Positions 9,864 to 20,821 of a DNA stretch of 64,000 nt are shown piece after piece. This DNA comes from Chamaesiphon sp. (lineage in GTDB: Bacteria; Cyanobacteriota; Cyanobacteriia; Cyanobacteriales; Chamaesiphonaceae), in contig CBDFFH010000027.1 of NCBI GenBank assembly GCA_965246715.1, positions 64,001 to 128,000 of the forward strand, given 5' to 3'. The position numbers and the translations under genes are program-made. Position 1 is the first letter of the stretch; every line of letters starts with the position of its first letter. A model generated the notes under the pieces. The model was not told where the DNA came from. It made no database searches and saw nothing but the letters and a program-made list of their open reading frames with translations.

Positions 9864-12528
9864 CCCCTTCCGCCTCGGTGCGATGTCTGGCATTTTGGAA
9901 AATCAGGGTGGCGACTAAGCCCGTCCAACCTGTTTGGTGGCTGGCTCCAAGTCCGGCACCATTATCGCCATGAAAATATTCGTGAAACAAAATATAATCG
10001 CGCCAATGCGGATCGGTTTGGAATTTGGTAATCCCACCATAGACTGGACGGCGACCGGATTTATCTGGTTGAAATAGGGCGACTAACCGTTCGGATAGGG
10101 CGATCGCGACTTCTTTGAGCGTCATCTCAATTCCCGATCCGGTCGGACATTCGACCTTGAAATCGTCCCCGAAGTAGGTATGAAATTGCCACAGGGATTC
10201 AATAATCAGGTAGTTGACAGGGAACCAGATGGGACCGCGCCAGTTGGAATTACCGCCAAATAAATCCGTTGTGGATTCGGCTGGCTCGTAATGAATGTAA
10301 TAATCGTGACCGTCTAATTTGAGGCAGTAGGGATGGTCTTGATGGTACTTGGAGACGGCGCGAATCCCAAAGGGGCTAAAGAATTCATTTTCGTCCAGCA
10401 GGCGTTGGAGAATCCGCTGAAGCTTGCTGCGATAAGCGATCGCCAGCAATCGCCGCGCTCCCGTTCCTGGCGTTTCCATACAGGCGACATTATCTTTGAG
10501 ATCGTGGCGATTGCGAATGAACCAGTCCATCCGCCGCTTGAAGCCAGGGAATTTTTCTAGGGTTTCTAGTTCCAATACAGCGACAGCATACAGGGGAATC
10601 AATCCCACCATCGATCGCACTTTCAGCGGCAACTGTCGTCCATCGGGCAGGTTCAGTGCATCGTAGTAGAAGCCATCTTCCTCATCCCACAGGGCAATCT
10701 CGTCTTCGCCGATGCCATCGATCGCATCGGCAATATACAGGAAATGCTCGAAGAATTTACTGGCAATATCTTCATAAGCGTCATCCGCTTTCGCCAGCTC
10801 TAGGGCGATCCTGAGCATATTCAGGCAATACATCCCCATCCAACTAGTACCGTCTGCTTGATTGAGATAACCGCCAGTCGGCAACTCGGCACTGCGATCG
10901 AAGATCCCGATATTATCCAGCCCTAGAAATCCGCCCTGGAACACATTCTTACCGGAAATATCTTTGCGATTTACCCACCAGGTAAAGTTGAGCATCAACT
11001 TGTGAAACACCCGCTGGAGAAAGGCGCGATCGCCCTGTCCGCAAGACTTTTGCTCGATGAGATAGACCTGCAATGCCGCCCACGCTTGAACGGGGGGATT
11101 GACATCGCTAAATTTCCACTCGTAGGCTGGTAATTGACCGTTGGGGTGCATATACCATTCTCGCGTGAGCCGATCGAGTTGCAGCTTGGCAAAGTCAGGA
11201 TCGATCTGGGCTAAGGGAATCAGGTGGAAGCCCAGATCCCATGCCGCAAACCAGGGATACTCCCACTTATCGGGCATGGAAATAATATCTTCACTAAATA
11301 GATACGTCCATTCGTGATTCCGTCCGGTTTTCCGTTCCGCAGGTGGCGAAGGCTGGCCCGGATCGCCTTTAAGCCAGTCATGGACGCTGTACTGGTAATA
11401 TTGTTTGCTCCACAGCAATCCGGCAAAAGCTTGTCTTTGGATCTGGCGATCGTCCTCCGACATGGGGAATGGGCAAGCTGCTTGATAGAATTCGTCGGCT
11501 TCTTGTTTGCGGATTTGGAAAATACGATCGAATTCATCGCCAAACGGTTCTAAAATCTGAGATCGATCGCTCAATCGCAGTCGCACGGTTTTGGTCTCTC
11601 CAGGCGCAAATGAAAGCGAGTAATTGGCAGCAAATTTGGTACCGATGCGATCGGGATTTATCGCCTGTTTTTGTCCATTTACCACATAATTATTAATACC
11701 ATCTTTGAGATAGGGAGAACGATTTTCCGTCCCAAATAATCGATCGTAATTGGTTTCGTTATCGGTAAATAGCAATTCGGCTGCACCTTCACAATCTAGC
11801 CAGCGCGTTCCTAGTGAGGGATGATGCGTCTCAATCCGGCTGAGGATAGAATCTGAATTTACCACTTTCATCGTGGGTCGTTCCATTTCTGGGTTCCAAT
11901 CCCAGAGATTCCGAAACCAGAGGGTTGGGAGTAGCTGTAAAGTGCTAGCTTCATTACTCCGGTTGACGATCGTAATTTGAATCAGAATATCTTCTGGTGC
12001 CGCTTTAGCATATTCCACGAAGACATCAAAGTAGCGATCGTCGTTAAATATACCTGTATTCAGTAACTCAAACTCCGGCTCCAATCTACTGCGGCGGCGA
12101 TTTTCTTCAATTAACTGAGTATAGGGAAATGCCCGTTGAGGATACTTATACAGACACTTCATATAAGAATGCGTCGGCGTATTATCCAAATAAAAATAGT
12201 ACTCCTTGACATCCTCACCATGATTGCCTTCATTCCCCGTCAATCCAAACAGTCGCTCCTTCAAAATCGGATCGTTGCCATTCCACAATGCAATCGCAAA
12301 ACACAACCGTTGCCTGGTATCGGAAATTCCGGCAATCCCATCTTCACCCCAACGGTAGACCCGCGATCGCGCGTGGTCGTGGGGAAAGTAGTCCCAAGCC
12401 GACCCATCGCGGCTATAATCTTCGCGGACGGTGCCCCACTGGCGATCGCTCAGATATGACCCCCAACGTTTCCAATAAGCGACCCGCTCTCGATCTTGTG
12501 CTAGTCTCTGTTGCTCTTGAGTCATCAA
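9850..12528 (-). CDS. GH63/MGH1-like glycoside hydrolase (glucosidase)
   Basis: [43 protein letters not shown]. Confidence 0.92.
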   Translation of the reverse strand: MMTQEQQRLAQDRERVAYWKRWGSYLSDRQWGTVREDYSRDGSAWDYFPHDHARSRVYRWGEDGIAGISDTRQRLCFAIALWNGNDPILKERLFGLTGNEGNHGEDVKEYYFYLDNTPTHSYMKCLYKYPQRAFPYTQLIEENRRRSRLEPEFELLNTGIFNDDRYFDVFVEYAKAAPEDILIQITIVNRSNEASTLQLLPTLWFRNLWDWNPEMERPTMKVVNSDSILSRIETHHPSLGTRWLDCEGAAELLFTDNETNYDRLFGTENRSPYLKDGINNYVVNGQKQAINPDRIGTKFAANYSLSFAPGETKTVRLRLSDRSQILEPFGDEFDRIFQIRKQEADEFYQAACPFPMSEDDRQIQRQAFAGLLWSKQYYQYSVHDWLKGDPGQPSPPAERKTGRNHEWTYLFSEDIISMPDKWEYPWFAAWDLGFHLIPLAQIDPDFAKLQLDRLTREWYMHPNGQLPAYEWKFSDVNPPVQAWAALQVYLIEQKSCGQGDRAFLQRVFHKLMLNFTWWVNRKDISGKNVFQGGFLGLDNIGIFDRSAELPTGGYLNQADGTSWMGMYCLNMLRIALELAKADDAYEDIASKFFEHFLYIADAIDGIGEDEIALWDEEDGFYYDALNLPDGRQLPLKVRSMVGLIPLYAVAVLELETLEKFPGFKRRMDWFIRNRHDLKDNVACMETPGTGARRLLAIAYRSKLQRILQRLLDENEFFSPFGIRAVSKYHQDHPYCLKLDGHDYYIHYEPAESTTDLFGGNSNWRGPIWFPVNYLIIESLWQFHTYFGDDFKVECPTGSGIEMTLKEVAIALSERLVALFQPDKSGRRPVYGGITKFQTDPHWRDYILFHEYFHGDNGAGLGASHQTGWTGLVATLIFQNARHRTEAEGDGKL

Positions 12529-12634
12529 ATTTTCTCCAGTACGGCTAACATCGATCGAGTCACGTAGCGATTGTCTTAAAAGTCAAGAAAAAACCGAGAT
12601 AATTAGATAATCAATGTAGCCTGAATCATTCACT

Positions 12635-12666
12635 GGTCAAAATGACAGGTTTAACCATGTTGGAGA
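12635..12666 (+). repeat. 32-bp exact direct repeat, copy 2 (orphan RR-TrxB gene start)
   Basis: Identical to 854-885; encodes MVKPVILT on - and then loses homology. Confidence 0.9.
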
Positions 12667-12864
12667 ATGTACGTCAATGGATCGCTATAGAGTAGTTTAA
12701 CGCAAAAGAAATTTATCCCAAAACTACGTTTAGGTTTTCTCGATCTAATCACGACCAAACAGCATTAGTTCGCTCTCAATCGTGCTGATTGAGTTGACTT
12801 AAACGTAGATGGCGACCAGTGAGCAGCCTACTGACTGCTTTAAGCAGAAAATTCAATTTCAGGC

Positions 12865-12908
12865 TTGACAAACCTAATTAAGTTAACCTAAGCTAATTGA
12901 GTTAGCTT
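12865..12908 (+). promoter_or_regulatory. Sigma70-like promoter with overlapping TetR-type operator(s)
   Basis: TTGACA-18bp-TAAGCT; palindrome AAGCTAA-TTGAG-TTAGCTT plus a similar CTAATTAAGTTAA in the spacer. Confidence 0.65.
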
Positions 12909-12934
12909 CTTAGTTGTCAATCAATATTTAGCTT

Positions 12935-13531
12935 ATGTCACGTCCTAGAGGACAAACACTCTCGCGAAAAGATGTGGTTAATGCTGCCATCCACTGTTTG
13001 CAACAAGATGGTGAGTCTGGTTTAGGTGTAAATCGAGTTGCTCATGAATTGGGAATTCGCCCTCCTTCGATGTACAAGCACATTGATGGTAATGAAGCAT
13101 TACGTCGTGCAGTAGCAATTGAAGGAATGCGTCGGTTGACCGATTATCTGAGTCATCAGGTGCAAGGTATCCAAGATCATCGGTCTCTCATTCGAGCGAT
13201 CGCTATCGGAATTCGCCAGTTTTTTCATCAGCATCCTGCTTTACATAGCGTGATTACCACAACCCCAGTTGATGACGATCCCGAATATGAATCAGCTAAA
13301 CAAGCTTTTCTCGCCTTCAATGGTGAATATTTACAACCTTTTGGAATACAAGGGGATGAAATCATTCACGCAATGCGATTGTTAGTTTCTACCTGTCATG
13401 GTTTTGTATTGTTGGAACGCTCAAGGCGATTTACTGCACCTCAATCCTTAGATGATAGTTATGAATGGTCGATCGACAGCTTAATTTTTGCGCTCGAACA
13501 TAGACAGCACGACGGATATGTAGAGCAATAA
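12935..13531 (+). CDS. TetR/AcrR family regulator (WHG-type C-terminus)
   Basis: VAHELGIRPPSMYKH HTH; STCHGFVLLE. Confidence 0.92.
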   Translation: MSRPRGQTLSRKDVVNAAIHCLQQDGESGLGVNRVAHELGIRPPSMYKHIDGNEALRRAVAIEGMRRLTDYLSHQVQGIQDHRSLIRAIAIGIRQFFHQHPALHSVITTTPVDDDPEYESAKQAFLAFNGEYLQPFGIQGDEIIHAMRLLVSTCHGFVLLERSRRFTAPQSLDDSYEWSIDSLIFALEHRQHDGYVEQ

Positions 13532-13576
13532 CTGCCTCGCTTTATCAAAGATTGATGTTACTTTAGGAGTTCAAAC

Positions 13577-13996
13577 ATGGAAACACCTGCACGTTATCTT
13601 TTGTTTCACGCCTCAATTGTTCTCCTCATTGGATTACTGTGCGGCGTACCATACGGTCAGGCGATCGTGAATAAAAAGAGTGATGAAGTAATCAGGGCAT
13701 GGAAACTAGCGCATGGCGCATTATCGCTTGGCGCGACTACGATGATTGGAATGGCAGCGATTCTTTCATCTCTGCAAGTTGATACAGGCATTCAGTGGGC
13801 AATTGCAATCACATTTATTATTTCAGGTTATGGTTTCTGTATAGCCTTAACGATTGAGCCGTTTGTAGGGGATAGAGGTTTATCTTGGTCTGGGATATGG
13901 TCTAATAAAGTTGTCTTTATCGGCAATATTATTGGTGCTTTGAGTTCTTTGATTGGGACGTTGATAATAGTTTATGCCTCCTATGTATCTTTATAG
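13577..13996 (+). CDS. Four-TM membrane protein, styrene-oxide-isomerase (StyC)-like
   Basis: HxxIV, WKLAH and RGLSW motifs resemble StyC WARAH and RGLTF. Confidence 0.55.
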   Translation: METPARYLLFHASIVLLIGLLCGVPYGQAIVNKKSDEVIRAWKLAHGALSLGATTMIGMAAILSSLQVDTGIQWAIAITFIISGYGFCIALTIEPFVGDRGLSWSGIWSNKVVFIGNIIGALSSLIGTLIIVYASYVSL

Positions 13997-14016
13997 CAAG
14001 AAGTCCCAGTAGTGGC

Positions 14017-14110
14017 GTGACCGGACTAAAACTGTGAGCATTTAGATCCCTGAAAATACAATTATTATATTTCACGCGATCGTTATTACACACATTTTTA
14101 GTCCGGTCAT
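14017..14110. mobile_element. MITE-like element (~94 bp)
   Basis: Terminal IR TGACCGGACTAAAA..TTTTAGTCCGGTCA; TAGTGGC on both flanks. Confidence 0.7.
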
Positions 14111-14121
14111 ATTAGTGGCCA

Positions 14122-14146
14122 GTAGGGTGGGCAATGTCCACCAACT
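14122..14146 (+). repeat. GTAG-type REP-like palindrome
   Basis: GTAG-GGTGGGCAATGTCCACC hairpin. Confidence 0.5.
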
Positions 14147-14203
14147 AGGTTTCAGGCATTCTTGCCTGTTCTATATATATTTTCACCGACCCACTTATCG
14201 CGG

Positions 14204-14971
14204 CTATTGCTCTTGGTAATTCCACAGCAATCCACCATCGACAACGAAGGTGGTACCAGTCACATAATCTGACTCCGAGCTAGCCAAAAATGCCACCATT
14301 GCCGCCACATCTTCCGGTTTTCCCAATCGCTTGAGCGGAATATTTTGGAGCAGGGCATTGAGTTTTTCGGGATCGTTTAATAACTTGGTATTGATTGGAG
14401 TTTCGATCGCGCCTGGAGCCACATTATTAATCGTAATTCCCAAAGGAGCAAGCTCGATCGCCAGATTGCGAGTCAGCATTTTCAAGCCACCCTTACTAGC
14501 GCAGTAAGCGGCAAAGTGCGGGAAAGGTAGCTCTTCATGTACCGAACTAATATTGATGACTTTGCCAGGTTGCTTGAGTGCCATCCGATGCTGGACGAAA
14601 GCTTGGATGGCAAAAAAGATCCCCTTGAGATTGACATTCATCACCGCATCATAATCGGCTTCAGTAACATCCCAGAAATCGGCATTCTTCTCAATCCCCG
14701 CATTATTGACCAAAATATCGAGCTGACCGAAATGAGCGATACTTTCTGATACCATCCGCTGGACATCGGCGATCTTACCCGTATCCGCTTGGACGATAAA
14801 ACCACCGCTGCCAGCCGCTTGCACCTTGGCGAGAGTCTCCGCTGCGCCTTCTGGGTGAGAACGATAGTCGATCGCAATTCTAGCTCCAGCTTCGGCTAGC
14901 CGAATGGCGATCGCTTGTCCGATCCCCTGACTGCTCCCCGTAACTAAGGCGACTTTTCCTGCCAGTTTCAT
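14204..14971 (-). CDS. Glucose 1-dehydrogenase-like SDR
   Basis: TGSSQGIG, NNAG, ISSVHE, YCASKGG. Confidence 0.9.
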   Translation of the reverse strand: MKLAGKVALVTGSSQGIGQAIAIRLAEAGARIAIDYRSHPEGAAETLAKVQAAGSGGFIVQADTGKIADVQRMVSESIAHFGQLDILVNNAGIEKNADFWDVTEADYDAVMNVNLKGIFFAIQAFVQHRMALKQPGKVINISSVHEELPFPHFAAYCASKGGLKMLTRNLAIELAPLGITINNVAPGAIETPINTKLLNDPEKLNALLQNIPLKRLGKPEDVAAMVAFLASSESDYVTGTTFVVDGGLLWNYQEQ

Positions 14972-15203
14972 ATTGTTATTTCTCAAGAATAGATAGAATT
15001 TGACTTAGATAAAATAGCAAAAATTTTGCTGACAATCGCCGAAGGTTCCACACCAAAAATCGACGTTGGCATCGCACCTACCTTCGTAGAAGTCTCTTTG
15101 AGAGAAAATCGCGGCATCTCCCGATCGACGAAATAATAGGTAAATCCGAGTTTGAGCTGCCTTACCCGATCGATTAACGTTGAAACGGTCGAGATTGTCT
15201 CGC

Positions 15204-15944
15204 TCACATCTTTGCCCCTCCGTTAGCACAAATCTCTTGACCTGTTAACCACCGCGCCTCTTCACTCACCAAGAATGCCACCACATCCGCAATATCTTGG
15301 GGCGTTCCCACCCGATTGAAGGGCGAACTGGCGGCGGCTTGCTGCTGCACTTCCGGCGGCATGTTGCCAAACATGCCAGGAACTGTCGGCCCAGGCATGA
15401 GAGTATTGACCGTGATATTGCGATCGCCCACTTCTGTTGCCAGTACTTGAGTAAAGAGCTTAATTGCTGCCTTACTTGCTGCATAAATTGCCATCCCAGC
15501 TTCGGGATGAAGGGTGGTGGAGGAAGAAATGTTGACGATTCTGCCACCATTACTCATGTGTCGTGCGGCTTCCTGTAGGGCAAACAACACGCCACGCACA
15601 TTCAGGTTAAACACCTTGTCATAGTCCTCCTCGGTCACGTCCGCGATCGCACCCACCACGCCTATACCTGCATTGTTGACTAAAATATCGAGTTGCCCGA
15701 AGTGCTGCATCGTCTCGGCAAACAAACGGCGAACATCCTCCACTTTGCTCAAGCTTGCCTGGATTGCCACGCTCTTGCCGCCTGTTGATTCGATCGCCTT
15801 CACGACTTCATTCGCTTCTTGTTCGCTGCCTGAGTAATTAACAACCACCGTTGCGCCATCGCGTCCCAGTCGTTCGGCAATGCCACGTCCGATGCCGCGC
15901 GATGAACCTGTGACAATAGCTACTTTTCCTGTCAAATCTGCCAA
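15204..15944 (-). CDS. SDR oxidoreductase
   Basis: TGSSRGIG, NNAG, YAASK; TTG start at 15944 after GGAGGT. Confidence 0.9.
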   Translation of the reverse strand: MADLTGKVAIVTGSSRGIGRGIAERLGRDGATVVVNYSGSEQEANEVVKAIESTGGKSVAIQASLSKVEDVRRLFAETMQHFGQLDILVNNAGIGVVGAIADVTEEDYDKVFNLNVRGVLFALQEAARHMSNGGRIVNISSSTTLHPEAGMAIYAASKAAIKLFTQVLATEVGDRNITVNTLMPGPTVPGMFGNMPPEVQQQAAASSPFNRVGTPQDIADVVAFLVSEEARWLTGQEICANGGAKM

Positions 15945-15992
15945 TGCTCTGACCTCCAATAGGGTTTTTTATTTTTCAATAGGTTCGATAAG

Positions 15993-16355
15993 TCAGGCAA
16001 AAAGAGTAGAGATATCCATAAACAGTCGAACAGAGGTAACTAATCCTTCATCATTTTTCTCTGTAATCGCCACAGCCGGAATTGTTATAGATTGATTGTC
16101 TTTGCGTTTAAAGGTGTTGAATGCTTCTAAGACAAAATTCCGATCGTCACCATAGATATTTTGCAAATTGTGTTCGTCGCTATCGATCGTTGCCCAGAAG
16201 GCTGCTAAGCTTTCTACAATCTTCTGCTTACCTTTGACAAGTGGATTGTTGCAAAACTGCATTTCACAATCTTCTGCCAAGAAGGTGGCATAGGTATCGA
16301 TGTCGAGTTTATCCATTGCATTTAAATAAGTAAGATACCACTCATATGCACTAGG
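15993..16355 (-). pseudogene. SnoaL/NTF2-like protein, 5' end lost
   Basis: YLNAMDKLDI..FLAEDC..N..VKG..VRLFMD; its 5' end abuts the truncated MDR. Confidence 0.65.
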
Positions 16356-16855
16356 ACAAGCTGAACTGCAAACATCCCCACGCCACCTGCTGCTCCATGA
16401 ATCAACACGGTTTGTCCGGCAGACAAGCGACCTCGATCGAACAATGCTTGCCACGCTGTTAATGCTACGGCTGGAATGGAGGCGGCTTCGAGATAATCGA
16501 GCGATTCGGGCTTGGGCGCGATCGCATCGACTTTGGCGATCGCATATTCAGCAAACGAACCAGAACGGCTGCGTTCCATCATGCCGTACACGGCTTGCCC
16601 CACTTCAAAGGCAGTGACACCCTCGCCGAGTGCCGCCACAACTCCAGCGGCATCCGAACCAAGTACGATCGGTAATTCAAATTTAAAAACTTGTTCCAAT
16701 TCCCCGTCGCGAATTTTCCAATCGATGCCGTTAATGCCAGCGGCGTAAACTTCTACTAAGACCTCACCCGCTTGCGGTTCTGGACGTGGTGTGTCCTCAT
16801 AAACTAGTGCTGCTGGTCCGTAGGCATGTATTCGCATTGCTTTCATCATTGCCAT
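16322..16855 (-). pseudogene. Truncated NADPH:quinone oxidoreductase (MDR)
   Basis: GINGIDWKIRDG..LGSDAAG..HGAAGGVG, then an abrupt end; intact members in this window are ~310 aa. Confidence 0.85.
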
Positions 16856-17000
16856 CGATTGACTCCTGTATTTGAGATAATGGGCGAACGTCACCAGACG
16901 TTAAATGTTTCCTCGTCAACAGACCAAATTAAAGCGAAGGCGCAGGTAAGCGGCAACTTCAGCGGTCGCACATTTTGCCACTTCTGTTGAAGTTGCGGTT

Positions 17001-17912
17001 TTAAGACTCTCCCTTGCTCAAGAATTGCGCGATCGTCAGAGGTTTGATGTGAGGATAGCGATCGTTTTGCAAATGGTCGAGTTTGCCTTTACCCGATACC
17101 ATCGTGTATTCGTACTGCTGTGGAACATACTCTACAGGCGAACTGGCTGAAGGTTTTTTGGCAGCAATCCAGGCTTGCAATTCTGCTACACTACCCAAGG
17201 GTTTTTCCTTTAAGATGTTGCCTGTCGCCTGTTCGTAGGCAGCTTTCAACTGCTTGGTAGTCAGGACATCACCCGCCACTTCCAGTGCCGTATTGGCCAA
17301 GTCTGGATCGCTAACAGCTTCAGCGACATACTTGGCAGTGTCGTCGGTAGTCGTGAAATCGAGCGGCGTATCGCCATCGCCCCAGTACTGAAATGTCTGA
17401 TGTTCTAGGTCGAACTGCGGCATATAGGGAGTACCGACGTTATCCATAAACGCGCCATTGAGTACCAATGTATACTCCAAACCGCTGTGCTGGAGATACT
17501 CAAATACTTCCTTGCGTTTATCTAAATTGTCATTATCGCCATAGTCCAACTTGCGGTAGTCCACTGAATAATCGGAAGGAATGAAGCGTTTAACACCCTG
17601 CTGTTTAGCCGCGTCAATTAGGTTTTTTTGCCCTGGCGTAGTCACTTCATTATTGCCGACCGCAGACACGACCACATCTACTCCCGTACACAGTTGCAGC
17701 AAGGTTTCTGGCTCCATCAAGTTGCCTTCGACGATCGTCGCACCTTGGGCTTTCATTGCGTCGATTTTTTGGTGATTTTCTGCATTACTATCGATACTCG
17801 TTCGCACCATTGCCCGAACATTAATGTTGCCTTTGTCGAGCAGAGCCGCAACAATTTTTCCACCCAGCATTCCTGTGGCACCAGCAACTAGAACAGTCGA
17901 TTTTGTACTCAT
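17001..17912 (-). CDS. NmrA-like / aromatic alcohol reductase
   Basis: AGATGMLG, GVKRFIPSDY. Confidence 0.88.
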   Translation of the reverse strand: MSTKSTVLVAGATGMLGGKIVAALLDKGNINVRAMVRTSIDSNAENHQKIDAMKAQGATIVEGNLMEPETLLQLCTGVDVVVSAVGNNEVTTPGQKNLIDAAKQQGVKRFIPSDYSVDYRKLDYGDNDNLDKRKEVFEYLQHSGLEYTLVLNGAFMDNVGTPYMPQFDLEHQTFQYWGDGDTPLDFTTTDDTAKYVAEAVSDPDLANTALEVAGDVLTTKQLKAAYEQATGNILKEKPLGSVAELQAWIAAKKPSASSPVEYVPQQYEYTMVSGKGKLDHLQNDRYPHIKPLTIAQFLSKGES

Positions 17913-17961
17913 GATTTTCCTGTTATTGTTTAATGAATTTGCGTATAACGGCGATTGAGTG
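17893..17961 (+). repeat. ~69-bp near-identical direct repeat (NmrA start plus upstream), partner at 20428-20495
   Basis: Shared core TCATGATTTTCCTGTTATTGTTTAATGAATTT. Confidence 0.85.
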
Positions 17962-18060
17962 ATTGCGATCGCTCTGTGTCAAACAGTCAGATTTTCCCTG
18001 TGTGTTACTAAAGCTTGAGTATAGACAACTAAAACTTTTGTCATTCTTTTTCCTATATAT

Positions 18061-19002
18061 TTATGAGCCGAGCGATCGCTCTAGTAACCCTCGATCCCAA
18101 TGGGCTAAATTTGCTGCCGCCTCATAGGTGCTTTGCAGAAACGTCAGCAGCATTGCTTCTGGATCGGCTGCTTGCCGTACTGTCTCATAGGGCAAGATAA
18201 ACTCTCGCATCTGGGAGTTGTAAAACGCCTCCTTGGGCTGAATTGGATAGGTTTGAAAGGCGGACGGTTCGGGATAAGCGTAGGCGTAAAAAACAGCCTC
18301 TGTCACTGCTTTATCTCCTGCCCAGAATCCGCAGCTACTCACCTCATGGGAGTATGCTTCCCGCGTTACCCAATCCGCCATTCCCGGCACTCCACCAGGA
18401 TGCTGGGGAGCTGGTCGTCCAGAGAAGCGAGTGAGGGCGAGATCGAAACTACCCCAGAAAAAATGGACTGGACTAGATTTGCCAATGAAGTTCGATCGAA
18501 AAGTTCTCAGGATGCGATCGGTTGGCACCAGAATTTGCCAAAATCGCTGGGCTGATTCTGGATCGTAAGTAGTATGTTCGTTATCTCGATCGAAGGGAAT
18601 GGGATCGGCGATCTCTTGAGGCATCGTCCAAATCCGCACTTCAATATCGATCTGGTTCAATGCTGCCATCACCGTCTGGTAGAAATCTGCTACCGATCGC
18701 GGCATCAGGGCAACGGTTTGGGTTGCGCCATCGCTCGATTCAATGTGCAACTGACGATCGATAAAGTCAAACCGGATCTCTACAGCACGGGTTTTGTAGG
18801 GAATTGTCCCAGTTGTCAACCCGCGTGGGGTCACGTAGAGGGTTGAATGCCACCAGTGATTGACTGGGGGAGACAGTGCCAGTCGAATTTTGCCCACGAT
18901 CTGCGTCCATAAGTGGAGTGTTGTGTAGGTCTCTTGCCAGTCTGCCAGCGGCAAACTAGGGAACAAGAGTTCAGCAGGCGAATCGGAAGTGGAAATAACC
19001 AT
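18061..19002 (-). CDS. DUF5996-like protein
   Basis: TLHLWTQIVGKIRL..NHWWH..SPVHFFWGSFDLA..EAYSHE. Confidence 0.75.
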   Translation of the reverse strand: MVISTSDSPAELLFPSLPLADWQETYTTLHLWTQIVGKIRLALSPPVNHWWHSTLYVTPRGLTTGTIPYKTRAVEIRFDFIDRQLHIESSDGATQTVALMPRSVADFYQTVMAALNQIDIEVRIWTMPQEIADPIPFDRDNEHTTYDPESAQRFWQILVPTDRILRTFRSNFIGKSSPVHFFWGSFDLALTRFSGRPAPQHPGGVPGMADWVTREAYSHEVSSCGFWAGDKAVTEAVFYAYAYPEPSAFQTYPIQPKEAFYNSQMREFILPYETVRQAADPEAMLLTFLQSTYEAAANLAHWDRGLLERSLGS

Positions 19003-19014
19003 ATAGCAACTTCT

Positions 19015-19728
19015 TTAGGCGAGGTCGAATAACAAAATTTCAGCGTTGGATTCAGTGGTCAGTTCCAGCAATTCTGGACTGTTAATTTGCACCCCATCGC
19101 CTTCTCGCAATGATTCGCCATTTAGTGTCACTATGCCCCTTGCCACTTGAAGCCAAGCGAAACGATTGGGGGGTGTTTGAAATTCGATCCGCTCGCCCGT
19201 TGATAGCACTGAGACATAAAGATTGATGTCTTGATGAATCACGACCGAACTTTCTCGCCCATCTTTGGCAGCAACCAGTCGCAGTTTGCCTTGCTTCTCT
19301 GTCAAGGGGAAATCGCGTTGGTCGTAGCGAGGGGTGATATTTTGGCGATCTGGCAGCATCCAAATTTGAAGAAAATGCACGGGTTCGCGATCGGAATTAT
19401 TAAATTCGCTGTGCTGAATGCCCGTGCCTGCGCTCATGATTTGCACATCGCCTGGGCGAATCACCGAGCCAGTGCCCAAGCTATCTTTATGTGCCAATTC
19501 TCCTTCTAACACATAGGTGAGAATTTCCATGTCACGGTGTCCGTGAGTGCCAAACCCAGCACCTGGAATAACCCTGTCGTCGTTGATTACCCGCAGCGAT
19601 CGAAATCCCATGCGATTGGGATCTTGAAAGTTGCCAAAAGAAAACGTATGGTGGCTGTCTAGCCAACCAATTTTGCTATGCCCTCGGAGATTGCGGTCGT
19701 GAATTGTGTGTACGGTATTGCTAATCAT
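19015..19728 (-). CDS. Pirin family protein (YhhW-like)
   Basis: GFGTHGHRDMEILTYV, MSAGTGIQHSE, FLQIW. Confidence 0.95.
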   Translation of the reverse strand: MISNTVHTIHDRNLRGHSKIGWLDSHHTFSFGNFQDPNRMGFRSLRVINDDRVIPGAGFGTHGHRDMEILTYVLEGELAHKDSLGTGSVIRPGDVQIMSAGTGIQHSEFNNSDREPVHFLQIWMLPDRQNITPRYDQRDFPLTEKQGKLRLVAAKDGRESSVVIHQDINLYVSVLSTGERIEFQTPPNRFAWLQVARGIVTLNGESLREGDGVQINSPELLELTTESNAEILLFDLA

Positions 19729-19776
19729 CTCATCGCCTTGTATTAGTGGACTTGCTTGGATTAAGGTGTAAACGGT

Positions 19777-20394
19777 TTAACTAATCTGCTGCTGCTCCAT
19801 CGCCCGTTTTACCCCCTCGTCTTCGCGCCAATGATGATAAAAGCGGTCGAGATTGGGATAATCTGCCAAGCCATTCGGTAACAAATTGCCCCAACGAATC
19901 ATCGCAAACGCATAGGCATCTGCGATTGTGCGGCGATTTTCCACCACATAATCTTTACCCTCTAAATGTCGATCCAAATGCTGGTACACGCGATCGATGA
20001 GTTTATAGGAGGCTTCCTTGATGGATTGCTGGGTTCGATCGCTGGTGTCGGTTGAGTACCGAGCTGGCACAAAAAATGGAAAAAAGGCAGGATGTACATC
20101 ACCAGTCAGAAAGGCGAGCCAGCGGTCGAGGTCATACCCATCTTGCAACGTGCCATCATCGCCCAGCTTTGCCGCTGGATATTTCCGCGCTAAATATTTG
20201 AGCACAGCATCCGCTTGATTCATCACGCCACTCTTGCCGTCAATGATGGCAGGAACTTGTCCCAACGGGTTGAGTTCGAGATACTCTGGATCGCTCGGCT
20301 GCACTTTTTGGAGATCGTAGGTTTCGCCAATCCACTCCAAAACGATATGAGGGGCCAGAGCGCAGGTTCCAGGAGCGTAGAATAGTTTAATCAT
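19777..20394 (-). CDS. Glutathione S-transferase (beta class-like)
   Basis: YAPGTCALAPHI, NPLGQVPA, TIADAY. Confidence 0.92.
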   Translation of the reverse strand: MIKLFYAPGTCALAPHIVLEWIGETYDLQKVQPSDPEYLELNPLGQVPAIIDGKSGVMNQADAVLKYLARKYPAAKLGDDGTLQDGYDLDRWLAFLTGDVHPAFFPFFVPARYSTDTSDRTQQSIKEASYKLIDRVYQHLDRHLEGKDYVVENRRTIADAYAFAMIRWGNLLPNGLADYPNLDRFYHHWREDEGVKRAMEQQQIS

Positions 20395-20537
20395 AGTTGT
20401 GTCACCTCAGCGTTGTAAAAGTTGAATACAGTCAATTTTGTAGTCATGATTTTCCTGTTATTGTTTAATGAATTTCGTATATCGGCGATCGAGTGGCTAG
20501 ATTTGATCGCCTTCAACCCTCACCAATCTCGCCCGTC

Positions 20538-20738
20538 TCATCTCAAATCGAAGTAATTGAGTTTGTTCGTTATCTGCTCGCCAATGTCCCAAACTCCTTC
20601 GGCTGCCCAAGTAGCGCGAAATGCTTCATAATCCAAATGATTGGCAGCATCAGCAGAGCGATCGCATAAAGCACGAATCGCCGCTTCGTCTACTAGTTGA
20701 TGTAGCATGGCATTGTCGGTCACGTTTGGCTCTACCAT
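20538..20738 (-). pseudogene. SnoaL-like fragment
   Basis: LVDEAAIRALCDR..D..W..EGVW; only 66 aa. Confidence 0.65.
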
Positions 20739-20821
20739 GATTTTTCTTGTCCTTTTTTCTAGTTTTCAGCGATTATAATGGCAGTAATTTAGCTTTCACA
20801 GAAATATTTTTACGACACCAT

